Shown: positions 29,357 to 39,100 of the stretch, one piece after another | How positions within the stretch are numbered: position 1 is the first letter of the stretch | Layout of the letters: each line of letters starts with the position of its first letter | NCBI GenBank assembly: GCA_965248575.1 | Contig: CBDFJQ010000002.1 | Coordinates: 1,888,001-1,952,000 of the forward strand | Direction: 5' to 3' | Origin: Planctomycetota bacterium | GTDB lineage: Bacteria > Planctomycetota > B15-G4 | DNA length: 64,000 nucleotides | Position numbers and translations under genes: made by a program | Notes under the pieces: model-generated | The model's input: only the letters and a program-made list of their open reading frames with translations | Database searches by the model: none | What the model was told of the DNA's origin: nothing

Positions 29357-29647
29357 GGTTTGTCTCGGTGTCAGATCTAGGTGGGTCGCCGTTCGCCCTG
29401 GAAAACAAGCGAAACGGAGAGGGGGCTATCCGACCTATCGCGCCCAAGCAGTCGGTTCACTGACAACTTTGGAAGGACACGAAATCGGGGGTTGGGCAAG
29501 GCAGATATCGACGAGCTTCGAGATCCCGCTTAGACTCGGCCGCTCAATCTGTCGGCCCCGAATCACGGCATCCGGATACCCAGGGCCAACGGACCCCGAA
29601 CCCCTCGCACTTTCTCTCCAAGCTCTCCCTCTCCAACTGGAGCCCCC

Positions 29648-31819
29648 ATGTACAAACGCCTCGTTGTGGCTGCGTGCCTTCTGGCTGCCTGCCCGTTCAG
29701 TTCAGCTCAGCTCACGCCCTGGGAAGCAGAAGGCGGCCGCGTCGTCATTCACTTCCTTGATGAAGTCCTCGAACAGGCGGGCTTGGGTCTGCTCCAGGTC
29801 GACGAGACCGTCATCACCGGCGACCCCGTCGCTGAAGAACAAGAGGGCAGCTTGCTCGGCTTCCTGATTCAGCCCGAGTCCGACCTCATGGCTCTGCGGA
29901 CTCCCGATGGCTCATTCCAGCCCTACGGCGTCTTGGGAGGTTCGGTGAGTGTCTCCGGTGGCTTCTTCCTTGCCGACCTCGCCAGCGGGAAAGGCGTGGA
30001 CTTCCACGACTTCTCGGTGCGCCCGCGTCTGGCGCGCAATGACGGCCCGGCGGGCGAGCCCGATCCCGACTACTTCTTCCTGACCCCGGCGAGCGACCCG
30101 GACTTCGACGCCTTCAAGATGTGCTACGTGAAGGTCTACTTCCTGGATGGCCTGGGCTACCAGGACCCGGCAGGCGGCGACCACAAGCTCCCCGACCAGC
30201 TGCGGGTCAAAGCCTGGGACCTGATCGTCACGGCTGAACTGGCCGAGGCCCTCGGGCGCCCTGAGCTCGAGGACATGATCCTGGGCTACGGCAAGGTGGA
30301 AGCAGACGTCAAGGAATTCACCGGCCACTGGGAGCACCCCGAAGGCCAGAACATCTTCACGCCGTTCACCGGTACTGGCACGGGTGCGGACGACAGCGAG
30401 AGCGCACAGCTCGGCACCAACCTCGACGTCAAGCTGGGCATCCTGAGCGGCATCAACCAGGTCGGCCACACGGGCACCTTCCCCAACGGACGCGCAGGCC
30501 TCTCCATGTCCACCACGAGTTGCAACGTGGGCGACGTCAACGTGACCTGGCTGCAGGCCATGAACGAGGATCACCCCGGCATCGCCATGAACCTCTTCCG
30601 TGAGGGCAATGGCCGATTCGAGCAGGTGGGTGTGTCCTGGATCAAGCACGGCTTCTTCGCCCTGTCCAACAGCCAGTGCACCCAATGCCAGAATCCCAGC
30701 GGTGGGACCTTCCTTGGCGTCGGTTGCTCGGACACCTACGGCTCCAGCAACAACGCCGACCGCTTCTGGCTCGGCCCGCGCGACGAGTGGAACGCCTGGC
30801 GTGGCACCTGGACCTGCCTCGGCTCCTTCTTCGATGGCTCGCCGCAGGACTGTGTCCGCAGCCAGACCGGTGGCGGCCTGAACCCGGTCGACCACCGGCT
30901 CGAGGCCTTTGACGCTGACCTGGGCAACGCCGGCGCCAACTACTACTACGAGGCCAACTACCTGGTGAAGGGCGACAACGACCTGAACAACAACATCGGG
31001 TCCCGCGCCTGCACCATGAGCTGGAACGGCTTCTCCTGGCAGTTCTCCACGCCTGGCGGCGGCAACCCGCTGGTAGAAGGCCCGGCGTTGTTCAACCGCT
31101 GGGGTGATGTGCGCACCATCGACGGCCTGGGCGCCGAGGACGGCAAGGTTGTGCTCTCCGCCACCACGACCCAGCTCGGCCCAGGTTTGTGGCGTTACGA
31201 GTACGCGCTCTACAACTGGAGCCTGGATCGCAAGGTGGATTCCATCTCCTTCCCGCTGCCCGGCAACAGCTCCAACTACTACTTCCACGACATCGACAAT
31301 CAGGCGGGCAATGACTGGGTCGTGAGCACGACCAACAACAGGCTGACGTGGGCGGACCCGGGCGTCACCCTCCCGGGCCACAAGGTGGCTGGACCGCTGG
31401 AGTTCGGCACCCTCTACAACTTCGGCTTCACGAGCGGCCGTCCCCCGGCCACCCGTGATGCGGTCCTGGGCATCCACGAGTCGGGCATGGGCGGCGACCT
31501 GCTGTCCGTGGAGATCGTCGGCCCCGACTTCCTCGAGCTGACGGCAACGGATGTGGCGCCTAGCGAAGGGCAGAACATCCAGGTCGAGATGCGCGGCGGT
31601 ACGGACCTCGGCCTGGCCGCCGTGCTGTCCGTGAACGGCACGCCCGTCACGCCCGTCTTCATCGGCGGCCTGCAGCCCTTCGTGAGTGGTGAAGCAGGCT
31701 TCCCCGTCACCATTCCCGCAGGTGCTTCCGGCATCAGCGTCGAACTCATCGCGGCAGACGTGGACGCTTCCCTCAACATCCACGCCCTGTCCAACGTGAT
31801 GGAGCTGATCGTCCAGTAA
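29648..31819 (+). CDS. Large secreted Cys-containing hypothetical protein with lysyl-oxidase-like motifs
   Basis: GGAG RBS and signal peptide; TTSCNVGD, HPGIAMNLFR, FEQVGVSWIKHGFFAL, LGVGCSDTY, NDLNNN. Confidence 0.75.
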   Translation: MYKRLVVAACLLAACPFSSAQLTPWEAEGGRVVIHFLDEVLEQAGLGLLQVDETVITGDPVAEEQEGSLLGFLIQPESDLMALRTPDGSFQPYGVLGGSVSVSGGFFLADLASGKGVDFHDFSVRPRLARNDGPAGEPDPDYFFLTPASDPDFDAFKMCYVKVYFLDGLGYQDPAGGDHKLPDQLRVKAWDLIVTAELAEALGRPELEDMILGYGKVEADVKEFTGHWEHPEGQNIFTPFTGTGTGADDSESAQLGTNLDVKLGILSGINQVGHTGTFPNGRAGLSMSTTSCNVGDVNVTWLQAMNEDHPGIAMNLFREGNGRFEQVGVSWIKHGFFALSNSQCTQCQNPSGGTFLGVGCSDTYGSSNNADRFWLGPRDEWNAWRGTWTCLGSFFDGSPQDCVRSQTGGGLNPVDHRLEAFDADLGNAGANYYYEANYLVKGDNDLNNNIGSRACTMSWNGFSWQFSTPGGGNPLVEGPALFNRWGDVRTIDGLGAEDGKVVLSATTTQLGPGLWRYEYALYNWSLDRKVDSISFPLPGNSSNYYFHDIDNQAGNDWVVSTTNNRLTWADPGVTLPGHKVAGPLEFGTLYNFGFTSGRPPATRDAVLGIHESGMGGDLLSVEIVGPDFLELTATDVAPSEGQNIQVEMRGGTDLGLAAVLSVNGTPVTPVFIGGLQPFVSGEAGFPVTIPAGASGISVELIAADVDASLNIHALSNVMELIVQ

Positions 31820-31878
31820 TGGGCCGGGTAAACCCTTCAGCGGACGCCCCTCGGGCGCGCGCTGCGGGAGACGTCATC

Positions 31879-31902
31879 AGCCAAGACCCGCAGGGCTTGG
31901 CT
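31879..31902. terminator. Hairpin between convergent genes (possible terminator)
   Basis: AGCCAAG-A-CCC-GCA-GGG-CTTGGCT; no strong U-tract. Confidence 0.4.
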
Positions 31903-31908
31903 TCGGGT

Positions 31909-33426
31909 TCAGAAGCCCGGAGTCAGGCCCTGCTTGCTTTCGAGGTCCGTGCGCGCGTCGAGCAGTGGGTCAGCGTATGGCGGTGAGGACCCCGACTGGC
32001 TCATGGAGGCCAGCACGGAGGCCAGGGTCGCGTACTCCTCGAAGAGGGCGGCAGGGATGCCGGTCGCCAGCAAGTTGACGGTCTCGTGGCTGTCCAGGGA
32101 GAGGTCGAACATGGCCCGCAGCGGCAGCCCGGTCCCGGACTGGAGCTCGACCAACTTGTAGCGAGGGCCGATCGCTGCACGAATGGACGTCGTGGGAGGC
32201 CCTAGGCCGTTGGGCGTGAACAGCTCGCTGTAGGCCGCCGCCCTCAGGGGTGCCTGGGCGGTGTCCAGGAGATAGGGCATGAGCGAGATGGAATCCTCCG
32301 GCCGATCCTCCGGGGGCAGCACCACACCAGCCATCTCGAGAATCGTGGCGAACAGGTCCGTCGTGTTCACGAGCGCATCAATACTCCGCCCACGCCCGAC
32401 GATTCCTGGCCCCATGACGATCAGCGGCACCTTGACCCCGCCTTCGAAGATCGTGCCCTTGGACTTGTTGAGCAGGGAGACATCCGAGACGGCACGACCG
32501 TGTGTGCCATTGTCAGCGACGAAAATGATCCAAGTGTGCGCCAAGACGTCGGGATCGAGGTTCATCAACAGGCGGTCGATCTCGCTGTCCATGGCCTCGA
32601 CCATCGCGCGATGCTTGATGGCCACATAGGAGGCGCTGTTGGCCTTGATGGTCGTGAGCCCCTCCGGAGGTGCATGAAAGGGAGTATGGGCCGCATTGAA
32701 AGCCAGCTGCATGAACCACGGATCGGTGCCGAAACCCTGGATCACCTCCAAGGCATCGTCGACATGTTCCGTCGTGGAGTAGGAGATGGACGAGAACTGC
32801 AGCGCACCGGCCCCCGACGCGACGTTCTTCTCCCAACCGAAGTAGACGCTCGCGGGCGAGTTGATTCCGCCGAGCTGCTCGATCGAGCCGGAAAACACTT
32901 CGAAGCCGCTGGCGATCGGGTGCTGGTAGCCCTCCCCGAGCGTCACGCCGAGGTGCCATTTCCCCAGGGCCGCCGTGCGGTACTTGGGCGTCAGCGCTTC
33001 AGCGAGCGTGAGTTCGGAGAGCGGCAGCTCGTAGGTCTGCCCATTGTCGAAGTTCACGTTGGTACCGATCCCTGTCCGGAAGCCGTGACGCCCCGTCAGG
33101 AGCGTCGCGCGAGTCGGCGAACACACGGGGTTGGCGTAGGCCCGACTGAACTTCACCCCGTACTTCGCGAGCAGATCGAGCGTGGGCGTGGGGCCCGCCG
33201 TGGGGCTCGTGCCGAAACTCTCAACGCGGTCCAGCCCCACGTCGTCGGCCACGATCAGCAGGATGTTGTCGCGGATCTGCGGTGGCGTGAGCCCAGTCGG
33301 TTCGGAGCCTGACTGAGCCATCAGCTCGGGCGTCATCAACCCGGACGTCAAGGCCGCCCACGCCATCCAGGCGAGCGCCAAGCTGCCCAAGCCGGCCTGC
33401 CCTCGATGAAGAGGTGTGCCGCTCAT
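31909..33426 (-). CDS. Formylglycine-dependent sulfatase (S1 family)
   Basis: NILLIVADDVG, CSPTRATLLTG (Cys 33121-33123), GKWHLG, ADNG, KGTIFEGGVKVP; TGCTATGCT -10 at 33522-33530. Confidence 0.93.
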   Translation of the reverse strand: MSGTPLHRGQAGLGSLALAWMAWAALTSGLMTPELMAQSGSEPTGLTPPQIRDNILLIVADDVGLDRVESFGTSPTAGPTPTLDLLAKYGVKFSRAYANPVCSPTRATLLTGRHGFRTGIGTNVNFDNGQTYELPLSELTLAEALTPKYRTAALGKWHLGVTLGEGYQHPIASGFEVFSGSIEQLGGINSPASVYFGWEKNVASGAGALQFSSISYSTTEHVDDALEVIQGFGTDPWFMQLAFNAAHTPFHAPPEGLTTIKANSASYVAIKHRAMVEAMDSEIDRLLMNLDPDVLAHTWIIFVADNGTHGRAVSDVSLLNKSKGTIFEGGVKVPLIVMGPGIVGRGRSIDALVNTTDLFATILEMAGVVLPPEDRPEDSISLMPYLLDTAQAPLRAAAYSELFTPNGLGPPTTSIRAAIGPRYKLVELQSGTGLPLRAMFDLSLDSHETVNLLATGIPAALFEEYATLASVLASMSQSGSSPPYADPLLDARTDLESKQGLTPGF

Positions 33427-33596
33427 ACTGCCTCGGTGATTCGGGGAGCGCTTGGAGCAAAGGATTCGGGGTCGACAGCCGCCCCCATCACGGCGAGCGG
33501 CCAGCCTCCAAGCACTCCTCAAGCATAGCAGCCGCGTCACCTCCCCGCCGTCCGCTGTGGCGAGGTCGTGACCCCCCTACCCGGAATCCCAGCTCC

Positions 33597-33623
33597 GGTA
33601 ACGATGTCTCTCCGAGCCGCGTA
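33597..33623 (+). promoter_or_regulatory. Candidate ECF-sigma promoter (GGTAAC-N17-CGTA)
   Basis: AAC/CGT ECF-type boxes about 75 nt upstream of the operon that encodes the ECF sigma factor. Confidence 0.5.
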
Positions 33624-33696
33624 TGACCCCCAGTCAAGGGCCCAGGATCGGCCTCGGGCCCCCTCGATTCACGAATCACCCTCATCTTCGGACGAG

Positions 33697-34740
33697 ATGT
33701 TCATGCTGATTGCCACCTCCCTGCTGGCCACGCTGCTGCCTCTGGCGGCAGCCGCGACCCCAATCGCCCCGGTTGGCGACGACCTTCACCGCGACTGGAT
33801 CGCCGCCGACGCCGACTGGGTGGTCCGGGTGGATGTCGCCTCCGCGCTCGAATCAGAGCTCTCCTCGCTGCTGAACGAAGTCTGGGAGTCCGATGAGTTC
33901 GCCGAGGTGCAACAGGAGCTGGGCTTCGACCCCCGGCGCGATTTGAGCACCGTGACGATCTACGGTTCCGCCGCGGACCCCGAGAACCCCGTCGTCCTGG
34001 TGGAGGGCGATGCGCGCCTTGAGCAAGCACTCGACCGGCTCTCGAGCAAGGCGCATCGCGCGTCCGTGAACGTGGGCGGCATCAGCCTCGACCGCTGGTC
34101 CGAGGACGAGTCCGACTCGGACGCCGTCTACACCTACTTGGCACGCCGAGCCAACTCGGAGCAACGTATTCTCGTCGTGTCCCCCCGCAAGGAGAGCACC
34201 GTCACGGGCACTGCCGTCTTGCGTGGCGAGCAGGCCAACCTGATGGACGAGCCCAGCGCCCTCGCTTCCGACGGACCCTCCGCTGGCGCCTTCCTCTACA
34301 TCTCGGCGAGCGAGGGATTCTCCAAGTTCGAGGACTGGGACCCAGCGTCCCAGGTGGCGCAGCTCGTGCAGAGCGCCGTGCTCGAAGCGGGTGAGTTCAA
34401 GGGCGAGGCCTTCCTGGGCATCACGGTCGGCACCGCCGATGAGGAGAGTGCACGACAGATCACGAGCATCGTGCAAGGCGCCAGCGCGCTGCTGAGCCTG
34501 GCCGCCCAATCGGAAGAAGAGGCGCGCGCACTGATCCCGCTCATCCAGGGCCTCACTGTCCAGAACGACGGCGCCCGGGTGAGCCTGCGACTGCGCCATC
34601 CCTCGGCCAAGTTGATTCAGATGGCCCAGGAACATGGGCACAACGACAACAGCTGGAGTTCCGGGCACCACGAACAAGAGGACTACAACAAGCCCAAGTC
34701 GAAGCCGAAGCCCGCGCCGAAGAAAGACGGTTGGTACTGA
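33697..34740 (+). CDS. Exported hypothetical protein, first gene of the ECF sigma operon
   Basis: Signal peptide MFMLIATSLLATLLPLAAAA; coding-like composition; basic C-terminal tail. Confidence 0.75.
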   Translation: MFMLIATSLLATLLPLAAAATPIAPVGDDLHRDWIAADADWVVRVDVASALESELSSLLNEVWESDEFAEVQQELGFDPRRDLSTVTIYGSAADPENPVVLVEGDARLEQALDRLSSKAHRASVNVGGISLDRWSEDESDSDAVYTYLARRANSEQRILVVSPRKESTVTGTAVLRGEQANLMDEPSALASDGPSAGAFLYISASEGFSKFEDWDPASQVAQLVQSAVLEAGEFKGEAFLGITVGTADEESARQITSIVQGASALLSLAAQSEEEARALIPLIQGLTVQNDGARVSLRLRHPSAKLIQMAQEHGHNDNSWSSGHHEQEDYNKPKSKPKPAPKKDGWY

Positions 34741-34753
34741 GCCTGGGAATTCC

Positions 34754-35371
34754 GTGAGCCCTCCCTCGTACCCATCCAGGCCGGAGACGGCCACCAGCCC
34801 CGAAGAGCTCGCCCGCCTTGCGCAGGCGGGCTCTTCGGCGTCGTACGCAGAGTTGGTGGGCCGCTTCCAGAAACCGCTGTATCAGTTTCTCCGCTACCGG
34901 ACACAAAGCGCTGCCGACGCGGAAGAGGTGGCGCACGAGAGCTTCGTCCGCGCGTGGCAGAATCTCGAGCGCTACGACGAACGCTGGCGCTTCTCCACTT
35001 GGCTCTACACCATCGCGCGGCGAGAGGCGGCCAGCTTCTATCGCCAAGCGCAGAGCCACGGCACCGAGCGCAACACCCGGCCCGTGTATGACCCGGCCCC
35101 GGAACCGGTGCAGGCCATGGCCGCTGAAGAAGGGCGCGGACAGCTCTGGGATCTCGCGCGACAGGTCCTGAGCACGGAGCAGTTTGATGCGCTCTGGCTC
35201 CGTTATGCCGAGGACTTGAGCCCGCAGGAGATCGCACAGACCCTGGACAGGGATCCCTCTGCCGTGCGCGTCATGCTGTTCCGCGCACGCAAGCTGCTCG
35301 CCCGACATCTTTCGAACCACCTGCCCTCTGAGACCATTCGGCGAACCTACTCCGCCGTGCGGGGTGCCTGA
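34754..35371 (+). CDS. ECF RNA polymerase sigma factor
   Basis: Region 2 DAEEVAHESFVRAWQNLERYD..FSTWLYTIAR; region 4 LSPQEIAQTL...VRVMLFRARKLL; GTG start. Confidence 0.92.
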   Translation: MSPPSYPSRPETATSPEELARLAQAGSSASYAELVGRFQKPLYQFLRYRTQSAADAEEVAHESFVRAWQNLERYDERWRFSTWLYTIARREAASFYRQAQSHGTERNTRPVYDPAPEPVQAMAAEEGRGQLWDLARQVLSTEQFDALWLRYAEDLSPQEIAQTLDRDPSAVRVMLFRARKLLARHLSNHLPSETIRRTYSAVRGA

Positions 35372-36083
35372 CATGAAGAGAGAACACCAGCAACCGTCCA
35401 TGACCGAGGTCGCCTCCGATGGCGAACTGGAACGCGCCCTGCGCCAGTCGGCCGCGCGGCTTCGAGATGGCCCTGCGCCACATCTGCTCCCAGGAGTCCT
35501 GGACCGCATTCGCAAGTTGGAACAGACCTCGACGAGCAGCCAGCACATCGGCCAGGCCTCGCTTGAAGACGCCGCAGCCACGCCGGTGCTCGCGCAGACC
35601 GCTGGGAGGGCTCGCCTCTCCTGGCTGGGTGTCGCCGCGGCCCTGACCCTGTGCGTCGTACTCGGCGTCGAGGCGAAGCGGCAAATCGACGAGGCCGCGG
35701 TCGCTGCCCGGCCCACGGCATCCCTAGGGGTCGGCTCCCCAGGTAGCCAATCCCCAGGTAGCCAATCCCCGGTCCCTGGATCGACATCCCCCGCTCAACC
35801 GGCAGCGTCGACCCTACCGTCCTCGCCCCTGGCTGTTTCGCGCTTCCTGATCCAGCTCCAAGACACGGGGCGCTTCGAGCAGTTGGCGACCTGGCTGCCC
35901 GCGGACCAACCCGCGCTCGTCTCCGAACGCTTGGAAGATCCCTTGCTGAGGGAAGTGGGCGAGCTGGGACAAGATGCGGTGCGCGTAGCGAACGTGGTCA
36001 TCGAACCGCTGCTGCGCACGGTCTTCGAGAGCCTCCTGAGGCCCAGCCTCCACGACTCCGGGAGCGGCCCGGTCGGCCGCTAG
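35364..36083 (+). CDS. Putative membrane-anchored anti-sigma factor
   Basis: Overlaps the sigma stop; single TM segment (WLGVAAALTLCVVLGV); Ser/Pro-rich linker. Confidence 0.65.
   Translation: MPDMKREHQQPSMTEVASDGELERALRQSAARLRDGPAPHLLPGVLDRIRKLEQTSTSSQHIGQASLEDAAATPVLAQTAGRARLSWLGVAAALTLCVVLGVEAKRQIDEAAVAARPTASLGVGSPGSQSPGSQSPVPGSTSPAQPAASTLPSSPLAVSRFLIQLQDTGRFEQLATWLPADQPALVSERLEDPLLREVGELGQDAVRVANVVIEPLLRTVFESLLRPSLHDSGSGPVGR
35736..35770 (+). repeat. In-frame 15-bp tandem repeat (TCCCCAGGTAGCCAA x2 plus partial)
   Basis: Encodes SPGSQ-SPGSQ-SP in the linker of the putative anti-sigma factor. Confidence 0.8.
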
Positions 36084-36193
36084 CCGAGTTTCGGCCCGCT
36101 GTTCGAGATTACGTACACCCGGCCCAAATAGTCCGACCGCAGCGGGCGGGACGCGCTTGTGAGAGCGCCCGTCCGCTCGTACAACCGTCGGAC

Positions 36194-39100
36194 ATGCGCG
36201 ACGAACTGCTTCTGCCCCGCCACCTGTCCCCGGCCCTCCAACGCTGGATGTCGGGGTCCCTCCTGCTCGGCCTCCTGCTCGTGGGGTCTGCGTGTGGCGA
36301 TGAGCAGCCAGAAGCTGGGCCTGCGGCGTCTCCCGCGCCAGCGACCGACCCAGCGACGGCTTCCGAAGACGATCCGGCAAGCCCGCCGCTCTTCGTGGAC
36401 ATCAGCCGGGCAGCAGGCCTGGACTTCGTCAGCCGCAATGGTGCGCGCGGTGACAAGCTGCTGCCCGAGACCATGGGCGGCGGCTGTGCCTTCCTGGACC
36501 ACGACCAGGACGGCGACGCCGACATCCTGCTCGTGGGCGGCGCCGAATGGGCTGGGGCCCCGAACGCCCAGCAGCAGCCCAGCAGCCTCGCCCTGTATGA
36601 GAATGACGGCGGGCAGAACGGTGGCGCGGCGTCCTTCACTGACGTGAGCGAGGCCGCGGGGCTCGCCCGGAGCCTGCACGGAATGGGTCCTGCCGTGGGC
36701 GACGCGGACGGTGATGGCGACGACGATCTCTACATCACGGCCTTGGGCCCCAACGTCTACTTTCGCAATGAAGGCGGCTACTTCGTCGATGCCACCCAGG
36801 CCTCCGGCACCGCAGGGCCTGCGGACGCCTGGAGTTCCGCCGCCGGCTTCTTCGACGCGGACGCTGACGGTGACCTCGACCTCCTGTGCGGCAACTACAT
36901 TCAGTGGTCTCGCGAGCTCGACCTCGCCGATGACCGTCAGGTGCTGGGCATTCCGGGGCGGGCCTACGCTCCGCCCATGAGCTTCGCGGGGGTGCACCCG
37001 CAGCTGTACATCAACCGCGGCGATGGCGTCTTCGACGAGGGCGCAGCAGAGGCAGGCCTGCACATCCAGGACAGCGACGGCAGCCCGCTCTCCAAGACAC
37101 TCGCCTACCACTTCGCCGACCTGGACGGCGACTTCGACACGGATGTGTTCGTGTCCAACGACACCGTGCGCAACTTCCTGTTCATCAACGACGGCGCGGG
37201 CGTCTTCAGCGAGCAGGGCACGGAGCTCGGCCTGGCCTACGACCGCATGGGGCGACCCACGGGGGCCATGGGAGTCGACGGCGGCCTGCTGCCTGACGGG
37301 CGCCAGGCCCTGTTCGTCGCGAACTTCGCCGACGAAATGAGCTCTGCCTACCTCGCTGGCCCAACGGGTGACTACTTCGAAGACGACACCCTGGCCGTTG
37401 GGCTGGGCCGGGAGAGTCGTTCTGCGCTCAGTTTCGGGCTGCTCTTCCTGGACATCGATCTGGACGGATGGCGGGATGTGCTCCAGGTCAACGGGCACCT
37501 GGAACCCTCGATCGGTGAGGCACCTGGGGACCAGACCTACGCCCAGGCCGCCCAACTGTTTCTGGGCCAGCCGACCCAGGCGACCCAGTCGACCCAGGCG
37601 GGCGGCATGAACTGGCTCCCCCAACCTGCAACGCGGCTGGGAGACCTCGCCCTCCCCGTCCCGGGCCGGGGCGTGGCAGCGGCCGACATCGACGCAGACG
37701 GCGACCTCGACCTGCTCATGACCCAGGTGAACGGCCCGGCACGTCTGCTGCTCAACACGCGACGCAGCGCTGCAACCCAGACCACGCCGTATTGGTTGCG
37801 CGTCCAACTCAAGGGGCGGCCGGGCTTCGCCTCTGCACTCGGTGCTGAGCTGCAACTCACGGCCGCGGGACACACGCAGCACCGCACCGTCGACTCCACC
37901 CGCGGCTATCTCAGCCAAAGCGAACGCAGCCTCCATTTCGGCTTGGGGGACACCTCCGGCGCGGACAGTCTGCACGTTCGTTGGCCCGACGGGTCAGAAA
38001 GCCACGTCGACCTCGGCGAGCAGCCGCTCAACCGCACGCTGACGGTGGTCCAGGCCGTCAGCCCCGAGCAGGTCCAACGCCAGCTCAACCACGCGAAGGC
38101 CGAGCTGGAGGCAGGTCGTGTCGGGCCGGCCCTCGCGAGCTTGAGACGCGCGCTGGACTCAGCGCCCGAGAGCGCACCGACCTGGCGCAACCTCGCACGC
38201 GCCCAGATGATCGCCAACGATCCCGAAGCGGCGCTGGCTTCCCTGGACCGGGCCGATGGCCTGGAAGCGGGACAGCTCGCATCACGTTGGATTCGCGCCA
38301 TGGCCGAGCTGCGACTGGACCGCCCTGCCGTCGCTCTGCCCTTGATCGACGAAGTGATCCGGCGCGATCCCCAGCTCGCTGCCGCGCGCTTCCAACGGGC
38401 CAAGGCACTCCAGGCCCTCGGCCGGGACGCGGAAGCGCTGCCCCCTCTGCGCGAAGCCGTCGCCCTCGACATGAGCCACGCCGCAGCCCAGTTCCAGCTT
38501 GCCGTGGCCAGCCGCCGGGCGGGCGACATGGAGGGGTTCCGAACATCCAATCGTGACTTCTTGCGCCTGCGAAGCCTGTTCGGTGACGCCTATGACACGC
38601 CCGTCGCGCTCGAAGCCTGCTGGCTCACGAAGGCGGAGGATGCCGGCACGGTCGTGCCCTCCGCCACGGGCCGCTTGGCACCCAGCCCCACCCTGTCGTT
38701 GCAGTTCACCGAACCGTCGGGCGCTGTGTTCGGCGCGCTCGACGACGTGGTCGGGGTCGCCATCCTCTCCATGAACGCACAAGGTCGTTACGTGCTGCTC
38801 AGTGCCCACGCCTCGGGCCAGCTCCAGCGCCTCGATCCCACACCGGAAGGCGGCTTCACAGGGCGCGTCGTGGCCACGGGCCTCGGGGACCTCTCCAAAC
38901 TTGCAGGCCTGTGCGTGGGCAATGTGTTCGACGACACCCCCGTGACCCTTCAGCCCGGGAGCGTGCCCCCCCGCCAGCCCGACGTCTTCCTGTATGGGCC
39001 CGACGTCGCGACCCTGCTCCAACAAGACGCCGAGGGCAACTTCCAGGACGTCACCGAGCGGGCCGGGCTCGGCTCAGCCTTCGCCACCCGCGCACTCTGG

